A stretch of 54,719 nucleotides of DNA from Chiloscyllium plagiosum (lineage: Eukaryota): NCBI RefSeq assembly GCF_004010195.1, contig NC_057717.1:73797145-73851863 (forward strand), given 5' to 3'. The position numbers were made by a program, and so were the translations under genes. Of the stretch, positions 1 through 12,779 are shown one piece after another (the stretch's first letter is position 1; each line of letters starts with the position of its first letter). Below the pieces are notes generated by a model. That model worked only from the letters and a program-made list of their open reading frames with translations, was not told where the DNA came from and did no database searches.

Positions 1-455
1 AACGGGTGCAGATGAGGTTTACCAGGATGTTGCCTGGTATGGTAGGAAGATCGTATGAGGTAAGGCTGAGGCACTTGGGGTTGTTTTCATTGGAGAAAAG
101 AAGGTTTAGGGGTGACTTGATCGAGGTGTACAAGATGATTAGGGGTTTAGATAGGGTTGACCATGAGAACTTTTTTCCACGTATGGAGTCAGCTATTACG
201 AGGGGGCATAGCTTTAAATTAAGGGGTGGTAGGTATAGGACAGATGTTAGGGGTAGATTCTTTACTCAGCGAGTCGTGAGTTCATGGAATGCCCTGCCAG
301 TAGCAGTGGTGGACTCTTTATGGGCATTTAAACGGGCATTGGATAGGCATATGGAGGATAGTGGGCTAGTGTAGGTTAGGTGGGCTTGGATCGGCGCAAC
401 ATCGAGGGCCAAAGGGCCTGTACTGCGCTGTATTTTTCTATGATCTATGGTTCTA
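1..455 (+). mobile_element. Young CR1 LINE 3' end (ORF2 C-terminus, 3' UTR and tail)
   Basis: Uninterrupted FTRMLPG...LFSLEKRRFRGDLIEVYKMIRG...TRGHSFKL...FFTQRVV..WNALP; tail ttctatgatctatggttcta. Confidence 0.92.
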
Positions 456-469
456 GAGATGAAACAGGA

Positions 470-1870
470 AAACGGGAGGTAAATCTCATCTAAGTGGTAG
501 AGAAACTATTGGAGAATATTCTGAGGGCAATAAATAATATCTGTATGGAAAGATATGGGTTTATTAAGGATAGTCGATATGGCTTTGTTAGAGGAAGATC
601 GTGCCAATCAAACTTATTCGAATCTTTCTCAAATATGATCCAGTCTGTGGATGGGGGGAATTCAGTTGATTCGTGTATACAGGTCCCAAAGGTCACACAA
701 GGGGGATTAATTAATGAGGTTAAAGCAAATGGAATACAGGGAAAACTGGTCAGATGAAGCAGAAACTGGTTTAGGAATAGAATACAAAAGATAGTGGCAG
801 ACGATTGTTCGAGTGATGGGAGGCCGGTGTTCCGTGATGGAATGCAAGAAATAGCACTGGAACCCTTATTGTTTGTTGTTTACATAAATGATGTAGATGA
901 AATTATTGTGTGTGTTTGAGTGTATAGGTGGTGGTGTTTTGGAGGGTGTAGCGGGGAGCAGTATGGGAAGATGTTTAGCATGTTTTCAGGCAACACCGAA
1001 TTGATCATGAGATTAATAGTGAAGAAAGTGATTGTAGGTTGCAGGAAGTTACAAATGGTTTGGCCAGATGACAGAATGTTGACAAATAATATTTAACCTC
1101 CATAAGTTTAGGTGACGCACATTGGAAACAGAAAAAAAAGTGAGAGTATTTGATGAATAGCAGGACAATGGGTAGCTGAGAAGAACAGAGCCACCTTGAG
1201 GAAATTAGTCACATATTCCTGAAGTCGTCAGAGCACGTGATAAGGATAATTCAGAACATATATGGGACATATATTTTCATCAGTCGTGCACAGTGTGCAA
1301 CAGCAAAGAGTTAATGTTGAAATTCCACATCGAGTTAGTTAGGTACAATTCGAGTACTGTGTGCAGTTCTGTTCACCTCACTACAGGAAGGAAGTGATAC
1401 CACTATGGGGGTACAGAGGACATTCACTGCTATCTTGCCTGGGATGGAGAAATTGACGTCCGGGGGTGAGTAGATAAGCTTGAATTGTTTTCTTAAGAGC
1501 AGAGCATGCTGAAAGGGGATATGATTAAGGTGTATCAGATTATGACGGGTATGGAAGGGAGAATAGAGAACAGAAAATTCGTTGATTCGGGGGCTAATGA
1601 CAAGTGGGCATATTTTGAGGTAAGTTGCAGAGGATTCAGAGGGAAATCCAGGAAAAAAAATCGCTCAGACACTGGTGTGAATCTGGAATGCGCTATCTCA
1701 GGAGGTTGCAGAAAATGTAAACATATTAGTCCTGAAAAATTTGGATGAACGCTTGAAATATCAAACCAATCAGCGACATGAGATAAGAGCAAGAAATTGG
1801 GATTTCTGGTGGTTATGTTGGAGCAGACCCGTTGGTCTGCATCAGCATTGTCTGACTCTATGATGCTACA
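470..1870 (+). mobile_element. Old CR1 LINE ORF2 (RT) fragment
   Basis: Degenerate GFVRGRSC..NL and EYCVQF.SPHYRK motifs, many stops, and a CR1-type 3' tail (gactctatgat). Confidence 0.85.
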
Positions 1871-2085
1871 ACTGTATAATTGAAGATGATGGTTAGGTCC
1901 AAGTGTTAGATTGCCGTTCACTGTTCGCAAACTGTGATTTCATTCTTTCAGCAACCGAAACACTGTCTTCTGAACTCTGTTCTGCTGCCTGTGGCAATTT
2001 GTATGGCACGATCACTGTATCTTGGTACATGTGACAGCAATAAATCAAATCAAGTTTCAACTTCAATAGCTAATTTATTAGTCTG

Positions 2086-2118
<33 letters not shown>
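2086..2118. repeat. Compound microsatellite (TA)9(GA)7
   Basis: Read directly from the sequence. Confidence 0.95.
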
Positions 2119-2869
2119 CATGCCGTATGTTACACCATTATACTTCATCTCAATTTAACACATATCATCACACAATTGCATATCTTCTTTTAACAATTTG
2201 GTACGTTCTTCACAAAGACAACATGCTGCAAATACTGCTATATGATTCCACAACTATTTTGAATGTTGCACATTGGAACCTATAGACATTACACGCGTTG
2301 CATCTGTGCAGGTTTCCAATTGAATGGCATTTGAAGAGAAAACGTTGAAAATGTATTTATGCCACTGGACCTGTATTAATTTTCAATTGCAACTTGGAAA
2401 TAACTGTTGTTTTATTTAATTCTGTATTAAAAATGCAGCTTAACCCAATGTGAACCTTAAATTTCTCTTTGCTTGCAATGATTATCAAGTCCACTTCAAA
2501 TATTCCCTGTAGATTTATACTAACGGACTGCCATTATCTCAGCTAATTCGGACAACAAAATGATTTTCTTAGTCATGGTATGAATGATTGATCATGTATT
2601 AGTTACTTCCTAGTAAGGAATAATTACAGTGTGGTAGCATGTCATTTCGCCCATCGAGTACATGCTGCACCATTGAAGACAGAACTCCCTAACCTATCCA
2701 AATAACCCTGCATTATGACTAATCCGCCTAAGCATATCATGGAGATAGCCAGTACTCTAACGTTTGAAAAGTGTTTTTTTAAATGCACGTGTGAACCGTT
2801 GTTAAACATATGATTCAATTGGTTTATTACTAAACGAGTACACTTTATTCTTACGACACATTTATTTTA

Positions 2870-3540
2870 AAGCGAAATGAATATTTGTAACACTCGAAAA
2901 TCCTGTCTGAACCTTGTCTCCTCAACCTAAAGTAAGCTTCGTTCTTAATCTTGACGAGATGTTCCACATTCCTTGTCAACCAAGGTTCTTTCGACCTATC
3001 ACCCCTTCCTTGCCTCAGTGGGACAAACCTGTTCAGCATAATAAGCAACTGCTTCCGAAGTAATCAGAATGATCTGAAGTTCATCCATCTTCAGTTCCCT
3101 AATATGGTTTGTAAGGAGCTGGTCTTTGTGGCACTTCTCATGGGCGAAGTCAGCAGTGACACCAGTGGTGACCCTTACCTTCCACATTCTGTAAGAAGAA
3201 TATGCAACTGTCCTAGCCTCCATCCCCTATCTTCCAAACTGCCAACAAGCCCTCCACACAGTCATTTTTTAGTTCGAGGAGGAGGAGGACCGGTGGGAGA
3301 CAGTAGAGGTGTGGTGTTTGAGTTTAGCTACAGACTGAATATATCAGTTCATGTGACCAGCAATTCCCGTGTCCACGTCCTCTCCTGTTGAACCTTCGCT
3401 CTGCCGATTCGCGAGGTAAGTATTTAACAGAAAGATATACCTTCTTCACATCCCCCGATCCATGGTTTCACCACTCTTGCTGCAGCAAATAGAAGACGCT
3501 GATTCATGAGGTAAGTATGTTCGAGGAAAATTTACCTCCC
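2870..3540 (-). mobile_element. Internally deleted CR1: 5' UTR/ORF1 N-terminus joined to an ORF2 piece
   Basis: Minus-strand MEARTVAYSSYRMW...EKC..QLLTNHIREL..DELQII (decayed ORF1 zinc finger/coiled coil) abuts FVPLRQG..EPWLTRNVEHLVK (ORF2 linker). Confidence 0.7.
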
Positions 3541-4093
3541 TGGCGGCTTTCTGATACGCATGATATATCGTTATTCAGACCTTTCAGTTTCTCCAGTACA
3601 TTCTCCTTAGTGGTGGCCACAACATTAACCTCTTTTGCCGATTGTCTCGAAGACTCTGTGTGAAGAAATTATGCAAAACAGCAATTCACTATTTGTACCA
3701 TTTCTTATTTCCCATTACGGCTTTACAGCCTAATTTTTCAGGGGTCGAATGTCCATTCCTGCCTCTGTCTTACCTTTTTATTATCTCATTTTTAAAAAAA
3801 ACTTGTAATCTTCCTTTATATTACTAGTTAATTTACTATATTAAGTCATGTCATTCTGCCATTTTTATTTGTCGCCCTCTGCTGGATTTTAAATGCTTTC
3901 CAGTAGATTTGACCACATTTTGTCATTTCGTCTGTTTTAATACTCGCCCTGAATTCATTTGACTGCCTTGTCATTCCATAGTAATTTCCTTCTTCGTTAG
4001 GATGAATTGCATAGAACGATAGATTCCCTACAGAGTTATTCGGATAAGCAAGTCCTACAACGACACTTTAAAGAGCATAAAACTTAGACCTCG

Positions 4094-4670
4094 TGTTATG
4101 GACCAGGCTAGACACTCGCACAACATTCCCAGAAGATAGCTCAGACCCTATTTTTTCTAGGTATTTTAAGTAGATTTAAATTGGATTTTCCACTAGTAAT
4201 GCAAGTGACCCAAACACTCAGTTTTAAATAAAGTAAAATGTCTTTACAGAATACTGAACAAAACACGAACAAGTGAGAACCTAATTTAGAATAACTTAAC
4301 CTATCTGAAAATCCATTCGACTCTATCACAACTTGATGGTGCTGTTCCAAAGATCTTCCAAACACACCGTTGCCAAAAGAAAACTAAAACCAAACGCAGG
4401 TTCTTACAGGGGAAATGTCACTGGGAGAGCAAGTATCAGCATGGAGCTGTTTCATGGGTTCAGCAGCTTCTCTGGGTTTCTAGATAAAACCAAACCAGAG
4501 GAAACCCTGAACTGGGGGAACTGGCCACTGACCTTTCATTATACAAATGTTTTAAAACGACTTAAGAGCTTTCTCAAGAAGATATTCCCAGACATATCAA
4601 AACCTCTGTCTTTATGATCCCTCAAAGAAAAAAAAGGAAAGAATACTCATGTTAAAGGAGTAGCATCGCA
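4094..4670 (-). repeat. 3' LTR of the Gmr1-like element
   Basis: Starts TGTTATGG and ends ...ATCGCA, adjacent to the PPT; homologous to 8340-9043 (for example ttcttacagg...cagcatggagct...catatca.aacctctg). Confidence 0.75.
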
Positions 4671-7600
4671 CTTTCTCCCCTTAAAAAAAGAACCATCATT
4701 ATCTAAAGATGATTAAAGTTAAAACCTGTTAATCTTAATTTGTTAGTACATTGCAACACAGTTGTGCATTATATTGGCAATAAATATGCAAATATGCACG
4801 CTGCTTCAATCCTTTTACTCCTGACACTCAAAGCCTCCGTTTCTCATCGAGTCTCGTCCCGCCACATGCACAATTTTCAAACTGAATGCCTGTAACAACA
4901 GGTTCTACCGAAACAGTCTGGAATTTTGTCCTTAAATTTCTCCACAAACTTCACTGGCTCATGATCCTTTCCATGACGGCCTCAGGTGCATTACTGGTAG
5001 CAAATATATTGAAATGCTAAAACGCCAGCACTAAGCTCAAAGTCTACTTCTAAACTGTCAAGTATTTCTGCTGAATGATTGTTCAATGTCCTGGAGAAAT
5101 AGCCGGATCGTCTTTCTATCTTCTCATTGTCTTCTTGTAAAAGCACAGCACCAACACCGCGTCACTTGCATTGACAGTCACCTTGGATGGTTTTGTGTAA
5201 TTAGGTTTGACAAATACTCGTTAACACAGCTTTCAGTCTATCGAATGCCTTCTGATAATTCGCTGCCCACTGAATCTTCTTGCCTTTCTTTAGTAATTCA
5301 ATGAGTGGATCAGTCACATTGCTAATCTTTGGAACAAATTTCTGATAGAAGCCACACAATCCCATCAATTGTAGTACTGCTCATGTTGTCGTTGGTACTG
5401 GAAACTCCTCAATTTCCTTTGTTTTTAAATTCCGTGGGGCCATCTGCCTATGTCCAATAACATGGCCTAGGAAAGTCCTTTGGGCTTTAAAAAAATGCAC
5501 TTTGAGCCTTGTTTGACGTTCAGCCTGCCCCAGACGTCGATCAATCCTATCTGATAAATGTTACAAGTATTCATTGTGTATGAAACTAAAATCACCAGGT
5601 CATCAATATAAACTACACAATTGGTAATCCGGAAATGATCTTATTGGTTAATTTCTGAGTTGTAGCTGGCGCATCGCTCATATCAAATGCCATAACATTA
5701 AATTGATGATAAGACAAAATTGTGTTCCCTCTTTTGTGCAAAGGTTCTTGACAGTATCCTCAGAGCAAGTCCAAATTAGTAATGTATTTTGTACATCCCA
5801 TTTTTTCAATACAATACGACAAAGGGTTGAATCAGATTTACATCAGCCTTTGGAACCACATTGAGGTTGCGATAGTCCACACATAACTGTTGAGTGCCAT
5901 CTGGTTTTCGGTCCATTACTATGGGTGAGCTCCAGTCACTGGAACTCCCTTTGATTATGTCTTCTTGGAGCATGTGATCAATCTCCGTTTGAGCCAAATT
6001 TAGAGCGTTATGTTTAGAAGGATGTTGTTTAATCAGAACAGAATCTCCTATATCTACGTGATACACAAATTAGGCTATTTTCTCCTAACTGATTTCCAAG
6101 TAACTTCACAGGTGATAGTAATAATTCTTCGGTCATTCTTCTGTAATTAAACTCAATAATTAATTCCAGTTTTTGACAAATTCCCCATTGTTCAATTTAA
6201 TTTAAGGAATGTGCAATTCAGGATCCTCTGAATTTGCTCTTCACACTGTGTTATAACTAATAACATCGTCTTATTTTACTTTCCTTCCCTGACAAAATAT
6301 TGTTTCAGCATATTCGCATGACACAAGCTGTGACATCTCTTTCAGTCTGGAGTCCTTATCAAAATGTTCACCTCACTCAATCTCCTTTCGACTTCATAAG
6401 GTCCATTAAGCCTGGCGTTTAAAGTATCACCTATCACTGGCAGAAACATGAACAACTTATCTGCGAGCACAAAATTGCGAATTTTTGATTTCTTATCTGC
6501 TTCCTTCTTTCATTGTAAGCTGTGATAGTTTTAAATGCTGTCGTGACATCTCACCCGATCTAGTTAGTGGTTCTCGAAAATTTGAACATAGTCCAAATAT
6601 GTAGTCTCTGAATTATGACTTACCTAGTTCTCCTTAATCAATTTTAGTGGTCCTGTCATTTCATGCTCAAAACGTAATTCAAATCAACTGAATTTGAACT
6701 GATTTCATTTGGTGTATCTCAGATCCCAAAAGTACACACACATTTCGTCTATTGCGATCATCTGGATAATCTTGAATATAAGCCCTCAACAAGGCCCTAA
6801 ATGTATGTTACCACCTTTGTAGCGCTTCCTGTGATTCTGGATGGTGTACAGTAGCTGTGCGTGGTTTTATTCCAAAGTTGTTCATGATATCCTTGAATAG
6901 TTTTGATTAAAAATTTCATGCTTAATCATATTTTGTGAGTTGTCCGTGTCTGGTGAAAAGTTTGAGTAACTCCTCTACAACAGTTTTAGCTGTGACATTG
7001 CGTGATTGAGTCGGCTCTGGAAATCTAATGGACACATCCATTATTACTAACAAACATGAATTCCAACTATTTCTATGAGGCATAGGTCCTACGTAATCAG
7101 TTAAGGTTCTTGTAAAATATTCCTCAAATGCAAGAATAAGTATTATAGTTGAGGGTTTTATTACTGCCTGTGGTTTTCCAATTACTTGAAAGGTATGATA
7201 TGTCTGACAAAATTCAACAACATCCTTGTGCAGTCCAGGTCAGTAAAAATGCTTTTATAGTTTAGCTTGAAGTTTTCTTACATGTGAATGATCTCCTATT
7301 GGTTGCTCATGTGAAAACTGCAACTGCTCCTTTCTGTAACCCACTGGCAAAACGACTTAATGAACTTCTGGTCATTTCTCATCTGCTTGAATAGTTGATG
7401 ATCTCAATTTCTTCATTAAAACATCATTTTAAATAAAGTAGCACACCTGGATACATCTGGATTCTTCTTCTGTGTATGTTTTTCGATATAATCGTTTTAA
7501 TTTCTCACCTTTCTGCTGTAACTCAGTTAATTTCTATGAACTGAAGGTGTCTGCTTTGTCATCTATCTTCTCCTGAAATGTCTCAAACATTTGATTACGG

Positions 7601-8450
7601 TGTCTGCTCATTCCACTTCAATTTTCTTATCTATACTCTTTGATCTCCTCTGTTTCAACTGGTGACTTTGTAACCTCATTACTGCACAGTCAAGAAAAAT
7701 CCCAGAAAGTGCTTCCTGCAGTCGACCAGTTGCTTGTGTTTCCACTGGCACTCCAACCCGTGAAACAGCTATGTCTTTAGCAAGGGGAAATTGTATTCCT
7801 GGAATTGAGAGCTTACTCCTGCCACAACGTCTCTACTCTTCGCTGGACACATTGAACTCACTCTTCATAACTGAGTGCTTCCTGTTATTAGCACTTATTT
7901 CCTTCAATATTTTTTTCTAATCAACCGATACTGTGATTTCATATCGCCTGCATTATTACAATGAAAACACCCAGGCTTTCTAACTTCCCTTTCCACTTCA
8001 AGGATTTCCTTTTTAACCTGTAGTAAGTTATCCTTATGACCTTCACCGAGATCTACTTTCCCCTTTCCACGTGAGGATTGTTCTTTTCCCCAATTTCTAT
8101 CTCTCACGGATTGAAATTGATGTTGGAGGCCATACATTGATTTAAGCACCAAGTCATAATCGTTTGCCATTTTCGCTGCAATCTTGCCATTTTAACTCAT
8201 TGCTCTTCTACCTGAGGTTCCCAGTACCTCAGGAAGTGTATTTTTGAACTCCCCAAAATAATAGTCTCTCTCAGAGCGTCATAGGTTCTCTAATTTAGTG
8301 CCATTATCCACCTATCAAAAATTACTTTGAGCTTTTTAACGTAAACCATCTGAAAATTCAGTTGACTCTATCTTAACTCATGATGCTGTTTGAAATACCC
8401 GCAACATTCCCATAAACACCGCCCTGGCAAAAGAAAAGGTAAAATCAATC

Positions 8451-8760
8451 TCGGGGCGATAGGTTGACTCAGTCGCTGGCACTACTGACTCACAACACCA
8501 GAGTTCCGGTTTTGATTCCAGCCTCGAGCCACTGTCTGTGTGGTGTTTGCATATTCACCCCGTGTCTGCGTGGGTTTTCTCTGGGTGATCCGATTTCCTC
8601 CCACATTTCACAAGATGTGTAGATCAGGTGAATTGTTCATACTGTTAAGTGCGTTAATCAGTGGTAAATGTAAGGAGTTGGGTCTGGGTGGATTACTCTT
8701 CAAAGGGTCGGTCTGGACTTGTTGGGCCAAAGGGCCTGTTTCCACACTGTAGAAAATCTA
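8451..8760 (+). mobile_element. HE1-like tRNA-derived SINE inserted in the 5' LTR
   Basis: tRNA-like head (ctcagtcgctggcactactgactcaca...gattccagcc), body gtgtctgcgtgggttt and tail gggcctgtttccacactgtag..aatct; splits the LTR homology. Confidence 0.85.
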
Positions 8761-9043
8761 TTCAAGCAAAGTTTCTTACAGGAGAGAATATCAGAGAGAA
8801 AGAGGTTCAGCATGGAGCTTCTTCTTTGGGTCCAGCAGTTTCTGTGGGTTCCAGCAGAAATCAAACCGGTAAAAACTCCTAAATTGGGAAAAGTGGTCAC
8901 TCCCCTTTTATTATTGAAACGATTTTTTTAAACATCAAATATTCATCAAGTAGATAATTACTGGCATATCAGAACCTCTGCCTTTACCACACCTCTGAAA
9001 AAGGTGAAGCTGAATAACCGTGCTGAGGAGCAGTACCGTCACA

Positions 9044-9225
9044 CAAGCCACCCATCTACATCCAGAACCCCACATTTGCCATCTCTAAGCCATCTGACCT
9101 GCACATCACTGTACAGTGGGAGGAACCTGGTGCACCCAGCAGAAACCTAAACTGGCTCGTGAGACTGTGCAACTATCATACTCACTCAAGACCGCAATCG
9201 AATATAGTTCCTAGTGCTGTGAGAA
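9044..9225 (-). mobile_element. Old SINE fragment (its other part lies at about 4010-4093)
   Basis: ctgacctgcacatc..gtgggaggaacctggtgcacccagcagaaacc matches the reverse SINE body; the tail part atagattccctacag lies left of the LTR element. Confidence 0.6.
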
Positions 9226-9309
9226 GATCCCACCTGTGATATTCTGATGTGCCAAAAGTATTATCGCCAGGAACCCATGCTCTTACTGCTCCAGCATCTT
9301 CGCTGGTAG

Positions 9310-9785
9310 GTTTCTGAGCAAGTTTTGAGAAGATTTGTAGCTCAGGTTGCAGTTTGGATATATGTTTGTTCGCTGAGCTTGAAGGTTCATTTCCAGACGT
9401 TTTGTCACCCTACTAGGTACCATCTTCCGTGGGCCTCAGGCGAAGCACTTCTGAAAATTCCTGTTTTCTATTTATAGTTTGGGTTTCTTTGGGTTGGTGA
9501 TGTCATTTCCTGTGGTTATGTTTGTTTCTGTAGTGATGTCACTTCCTGGTCCTTTTTCTCAGGGGGTGGTAGATGTGGTCTAACTCGATATGTTTGTTGA
9601 TAGAGTTCCAGTTGGAATGCCATGCTTCTAGGACTTCTCAGGCGTGTCTTTGTTTGGTTTGTCCTCGGATGGATGTGTTGTCCAGTCGAAGTGGTGTCCT
9701 CCCTCTTCCCTATCTAAGGACACCAGTGAGAAAGGGTCATGTGACTTTGTGGCTAGTGGGTGTTCATGTACCCTGGTGGCTCAAT
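9310..9785 (-). mobile_element. Penelope-like element 3' fragment (GIY-YIG C-terminus + pLTR)
   Basis: Minus-strand HHFDWDNTSIRGQTKQRHA*EVLEAWHSNWNSINKHIELDHIY, followed by pLTR sequence with a hammerhead-like relic. Confidence 0.75.
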
Positions 9786-9789
9786 CACC

Positions 9790-12010
9790 CCAGACCAGGT
9801 CCTCTTTTTTATCCTTTTAATTACATTTAGTTAACTATAATACTGTTACATCCAATTTAACCTTCTCCCGCTCAAACTGCAGGTTGCATTCTCTGATCTT
9901 GTAGTCAGTGCCCCTAGCGATTCATTCATTTCAGCTACCTAATGCAATCTGCCTCGTTGCATATCACCAAATCCAAAATTGCCTGCTCCTAGTGGGCTCA
10001 AGTCATTTCAAAAACAGTCGTAGACATTCCACAAATGCACTTTCTTAACATCAATGATCAACCTGAGTTTTCCCATCCACTAGTAAATTGAAGTCTCCCT
10101 TGATTATTTTCCTAGTGCCTTTCTTGCAAGCCTTTCCTAAGTTCTGAATTATTTTCTTTCCCACACCATGACTGCTGCTAGGCGCCCTATACATAACTCC
10201 CTAAGCCCTATACGCCCTATACATAAAGGATCTTTCTCTCCTTTGCAGTGTTTCAAATATACCTACACAGATTCTACATCACCAACTATATAGCACGTCT
10301 TGCTTTTAATTTGTTTTTATCTCTTACTGAAAAGGCAATACTGCTGCCTCCACATATCTGCCTGCCTTTTTGATTAAACTTGTATCCTTGGATATTTAGT
10401 CCCCACCTCTGATTACCTTGGTGTAACAGCCACATCATTGTCCCTGCCAATTTCAAACTACACTACAGGATCATTTATCTTATTTGGTATACTGCGTGCA
10501 TTTAAGGACAAAACTCTAAGTCATGCATTAGCTGCTCCCTTCAAGAGAGGAAACACGAGGGCTGCCAGACTTACCTCGGCCGTTGTTAAGAATTAAGAGT
10601 CCATTACCACAGTTGAGCTTGCATAGTACATGGAAGTGCATTGCAAAACAGGGCTGACCCAGTATGGGTCCGTGAAGTACAGTTTATAATTGTCAAATTG
10701 TTTGAATTCCTTGTGGAGGTAATGAGAAAGTTAGAAAAGAATGAGTGCGATTCATTTGGATTTCAAGAAGATCTTTTTACAAGTTCCAAAGGGGTCGCTG
10801 CTGAATAAGATTGGTCTGTGGTGTTGGGAGAGAGGTATTGACATAAATAAAGTTTTGGTTGACTGGCAGAAGGCAAAGAGGATGCGGGGCATTAATACTA
10901 TTTTAAAAAAAGAAGAAATGCAGATACTATAAAACAGAAACAAAAAAATCAAATTCGCTGGAAAACATCAGCAAGTCTAATAGCCTCTGTAAGAGAAATC
11001 AGACTTAACTTTTGGGTCTGGTGACTCTTCCTCAGAACTGTTCTGAGGAATATTCATTAGGTTGGAAACATCAACTCTCATTTCCCTTTACAAAGGCTGC
11101 CAGACCTGCTGGGTTTTTCCAGCAACATAAGTTTTTGTTTCTGGTTGCGAGCATTTATCAGCAGCGGGATGCATGTTGCGACCACACTATTCACACGATA
11201 CATTAACGATCTGAATTAAGGAATTGTGGGCATTTTCCTACTTTTCCAGATGACTCAAAGATGAGGGATATTAAGGAATTGGAGAGAACTTGGACATACT
11301 AGACGAATGGGCAAATATTTGTCAGATGGACTACAATGTGTCAACGTGTGAGATTCTGCATTTTAATGGAAAGAACAAAGGCATACACTACTTCCTAAAC
11401 GAGAAAATCCCTGGACATCTGAAATGAAAGGGACTTGGGAGTCCGAAGTCAAGATTGGCATGTGGCTGACATGCAGCTTCAGTTTGCAATTCGGATAGCA
11501 TATGCACTTTGGACATTCATTGCAAGAGGGCTCGAATACAAGGTCAGAGATGTACGTATAAGGCTTTAGTCAGGCAGGATTTGGAGATGCTGAGTTGTTT
11601 TGGGCACTGCATCAAACAATAGTTTCTCGACCATTGGAAGGGGTCCAGAGGTAGTCCATGATAATGATCCTGGGGATGAAGGTCTTACCATATGATTAGC
11701 ATTTCTAGTTTCGTACTCAACGGAAGTTAGAAGCATTAGTCTGGATCTGATTGAAACTCGCAGCATTGCGACAGGCCAGGATAGAGTGAATGTGGATAAG
11801 ATGACTCCACAAGCAGCAGAGACCAGAGTTCACAGCCTGAGGCATATGCTTTATAACTGAAAATTTCATCAGCCAGACAGACGTAAATCTGTCGAGCTCG
11901 TTGGTTCAGATATTTTGGTAGTCCAAGTCATAGATTGCATTTAAGGCAGAGCGAGGTTGTTTTTTGATTAGTAAAAGTGTTCAAGACTTACGGAGAGAAA
12001 GCAGGAAATG
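9790..12010. mobile_element. Old CR1 fragments (minus about 9790-10540; plus about 10540-12010)
   Basis: Degenerate endonuclease-like and RT-like text (LDFKKIF..VP, FPDDSK, W...QMDYNVSTCEILHF). Confidence 0.7.
10931..11146. repeat. About 215 bp palindromic element (inverted pair of Penelope-type terminal repeats) inserted in CR1
   Basis: aacagaaacaaaaa..gctggaaaacatcagcaagtct is an imperfect reverse complement of agacctgctgggtttttccagc..tttttgtttctggtt; the centre reads tcctcagaac-t-gttctgagga. Confidence 0.7.
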
Positions 12011-12779
12011 ATCATGGCATCGTAATCACCTAATGTTTGTTTGTCAATGATATCAAACGCCGCTGTTTGTCATTTTAATAGAAATTTAAGCAGCTGAAAT
12101 CCTTATTTGAATATTTAGCGTCAGATATATATAATAGCAGAATTAATTTCTATAGATTGACGAGAAATTTGGATTGTTTTCAGTCCAAAAACAGATTTTG
12201 CCGATTAGAAAATGGTGAATAGAAGACAACAGCATGCTATAAATGAGATGATTGGTTTGTTCAAAATAAATTGTCAAGTGCAAAGAAAGCAGTGCTAATT
12301 CTGTAGTATCTACCAGGTGACAATTTTAACATGGGGTCATGAAGTTTAGATATGTCACGCAGAGGGTATTAACGATCTGAAAAATCCTTCATTTCTTTTA
12401 CTATGCTGAGGCTAATGTTGAATTGGAAATGTTTATGGGAATATACTGATAAAGCTACTGTTTAACTTAAAAGTCTCCCGTGCCGTATTCTCATATTCAC
12501 AGCTTAAATTTCAATGATTACAAGGTATTCTGGTTTCTTCCATCACAATTTATGCTCATTTACACTTTACTGCCGATGGGTCTATCATTCAAAAACAGAA
12601 AAGTGTGTCTCATGTTTGTACTCATTCCCATGCCACGAACGAACTTTTTTTCAGCAATAATTGAAGAAACATTTCATTGAGTTTTCCCTTTTTTTGTCCA
12701 GCCAGTGTGTGATGAGATTGATTGTCAGGGAAGTCGAAGTTCCATTCAGAACAGCAACATACATAATGGAAGCTGAAGA

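Larger units (their letters stand above)
4094..9043 (-). mobile_element. Decayed Gmr1-like Gypsy LTR retrotransposon (gag-PR-INT-RT-RH)
   Basis: LTR-like direct repeats at 4094-4670 and about 8340-9043 (TG...CA ends); polypurine tract ggggagaaag at 4671-4680 (minus). Gag: FDRW..TYDALRETIIL and knuckle remnant CFHC (7900-8330). Integrase: HFY.PGLHKDVVEFC (about 7180-7255) with rve-like core at about 6700-7100. RT: SSDWSSPIVM..KPDG...CVDYRNLN and YIDDLVI (5590-6066). RNase H at about 4850-5300. Confidence 0.85.
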
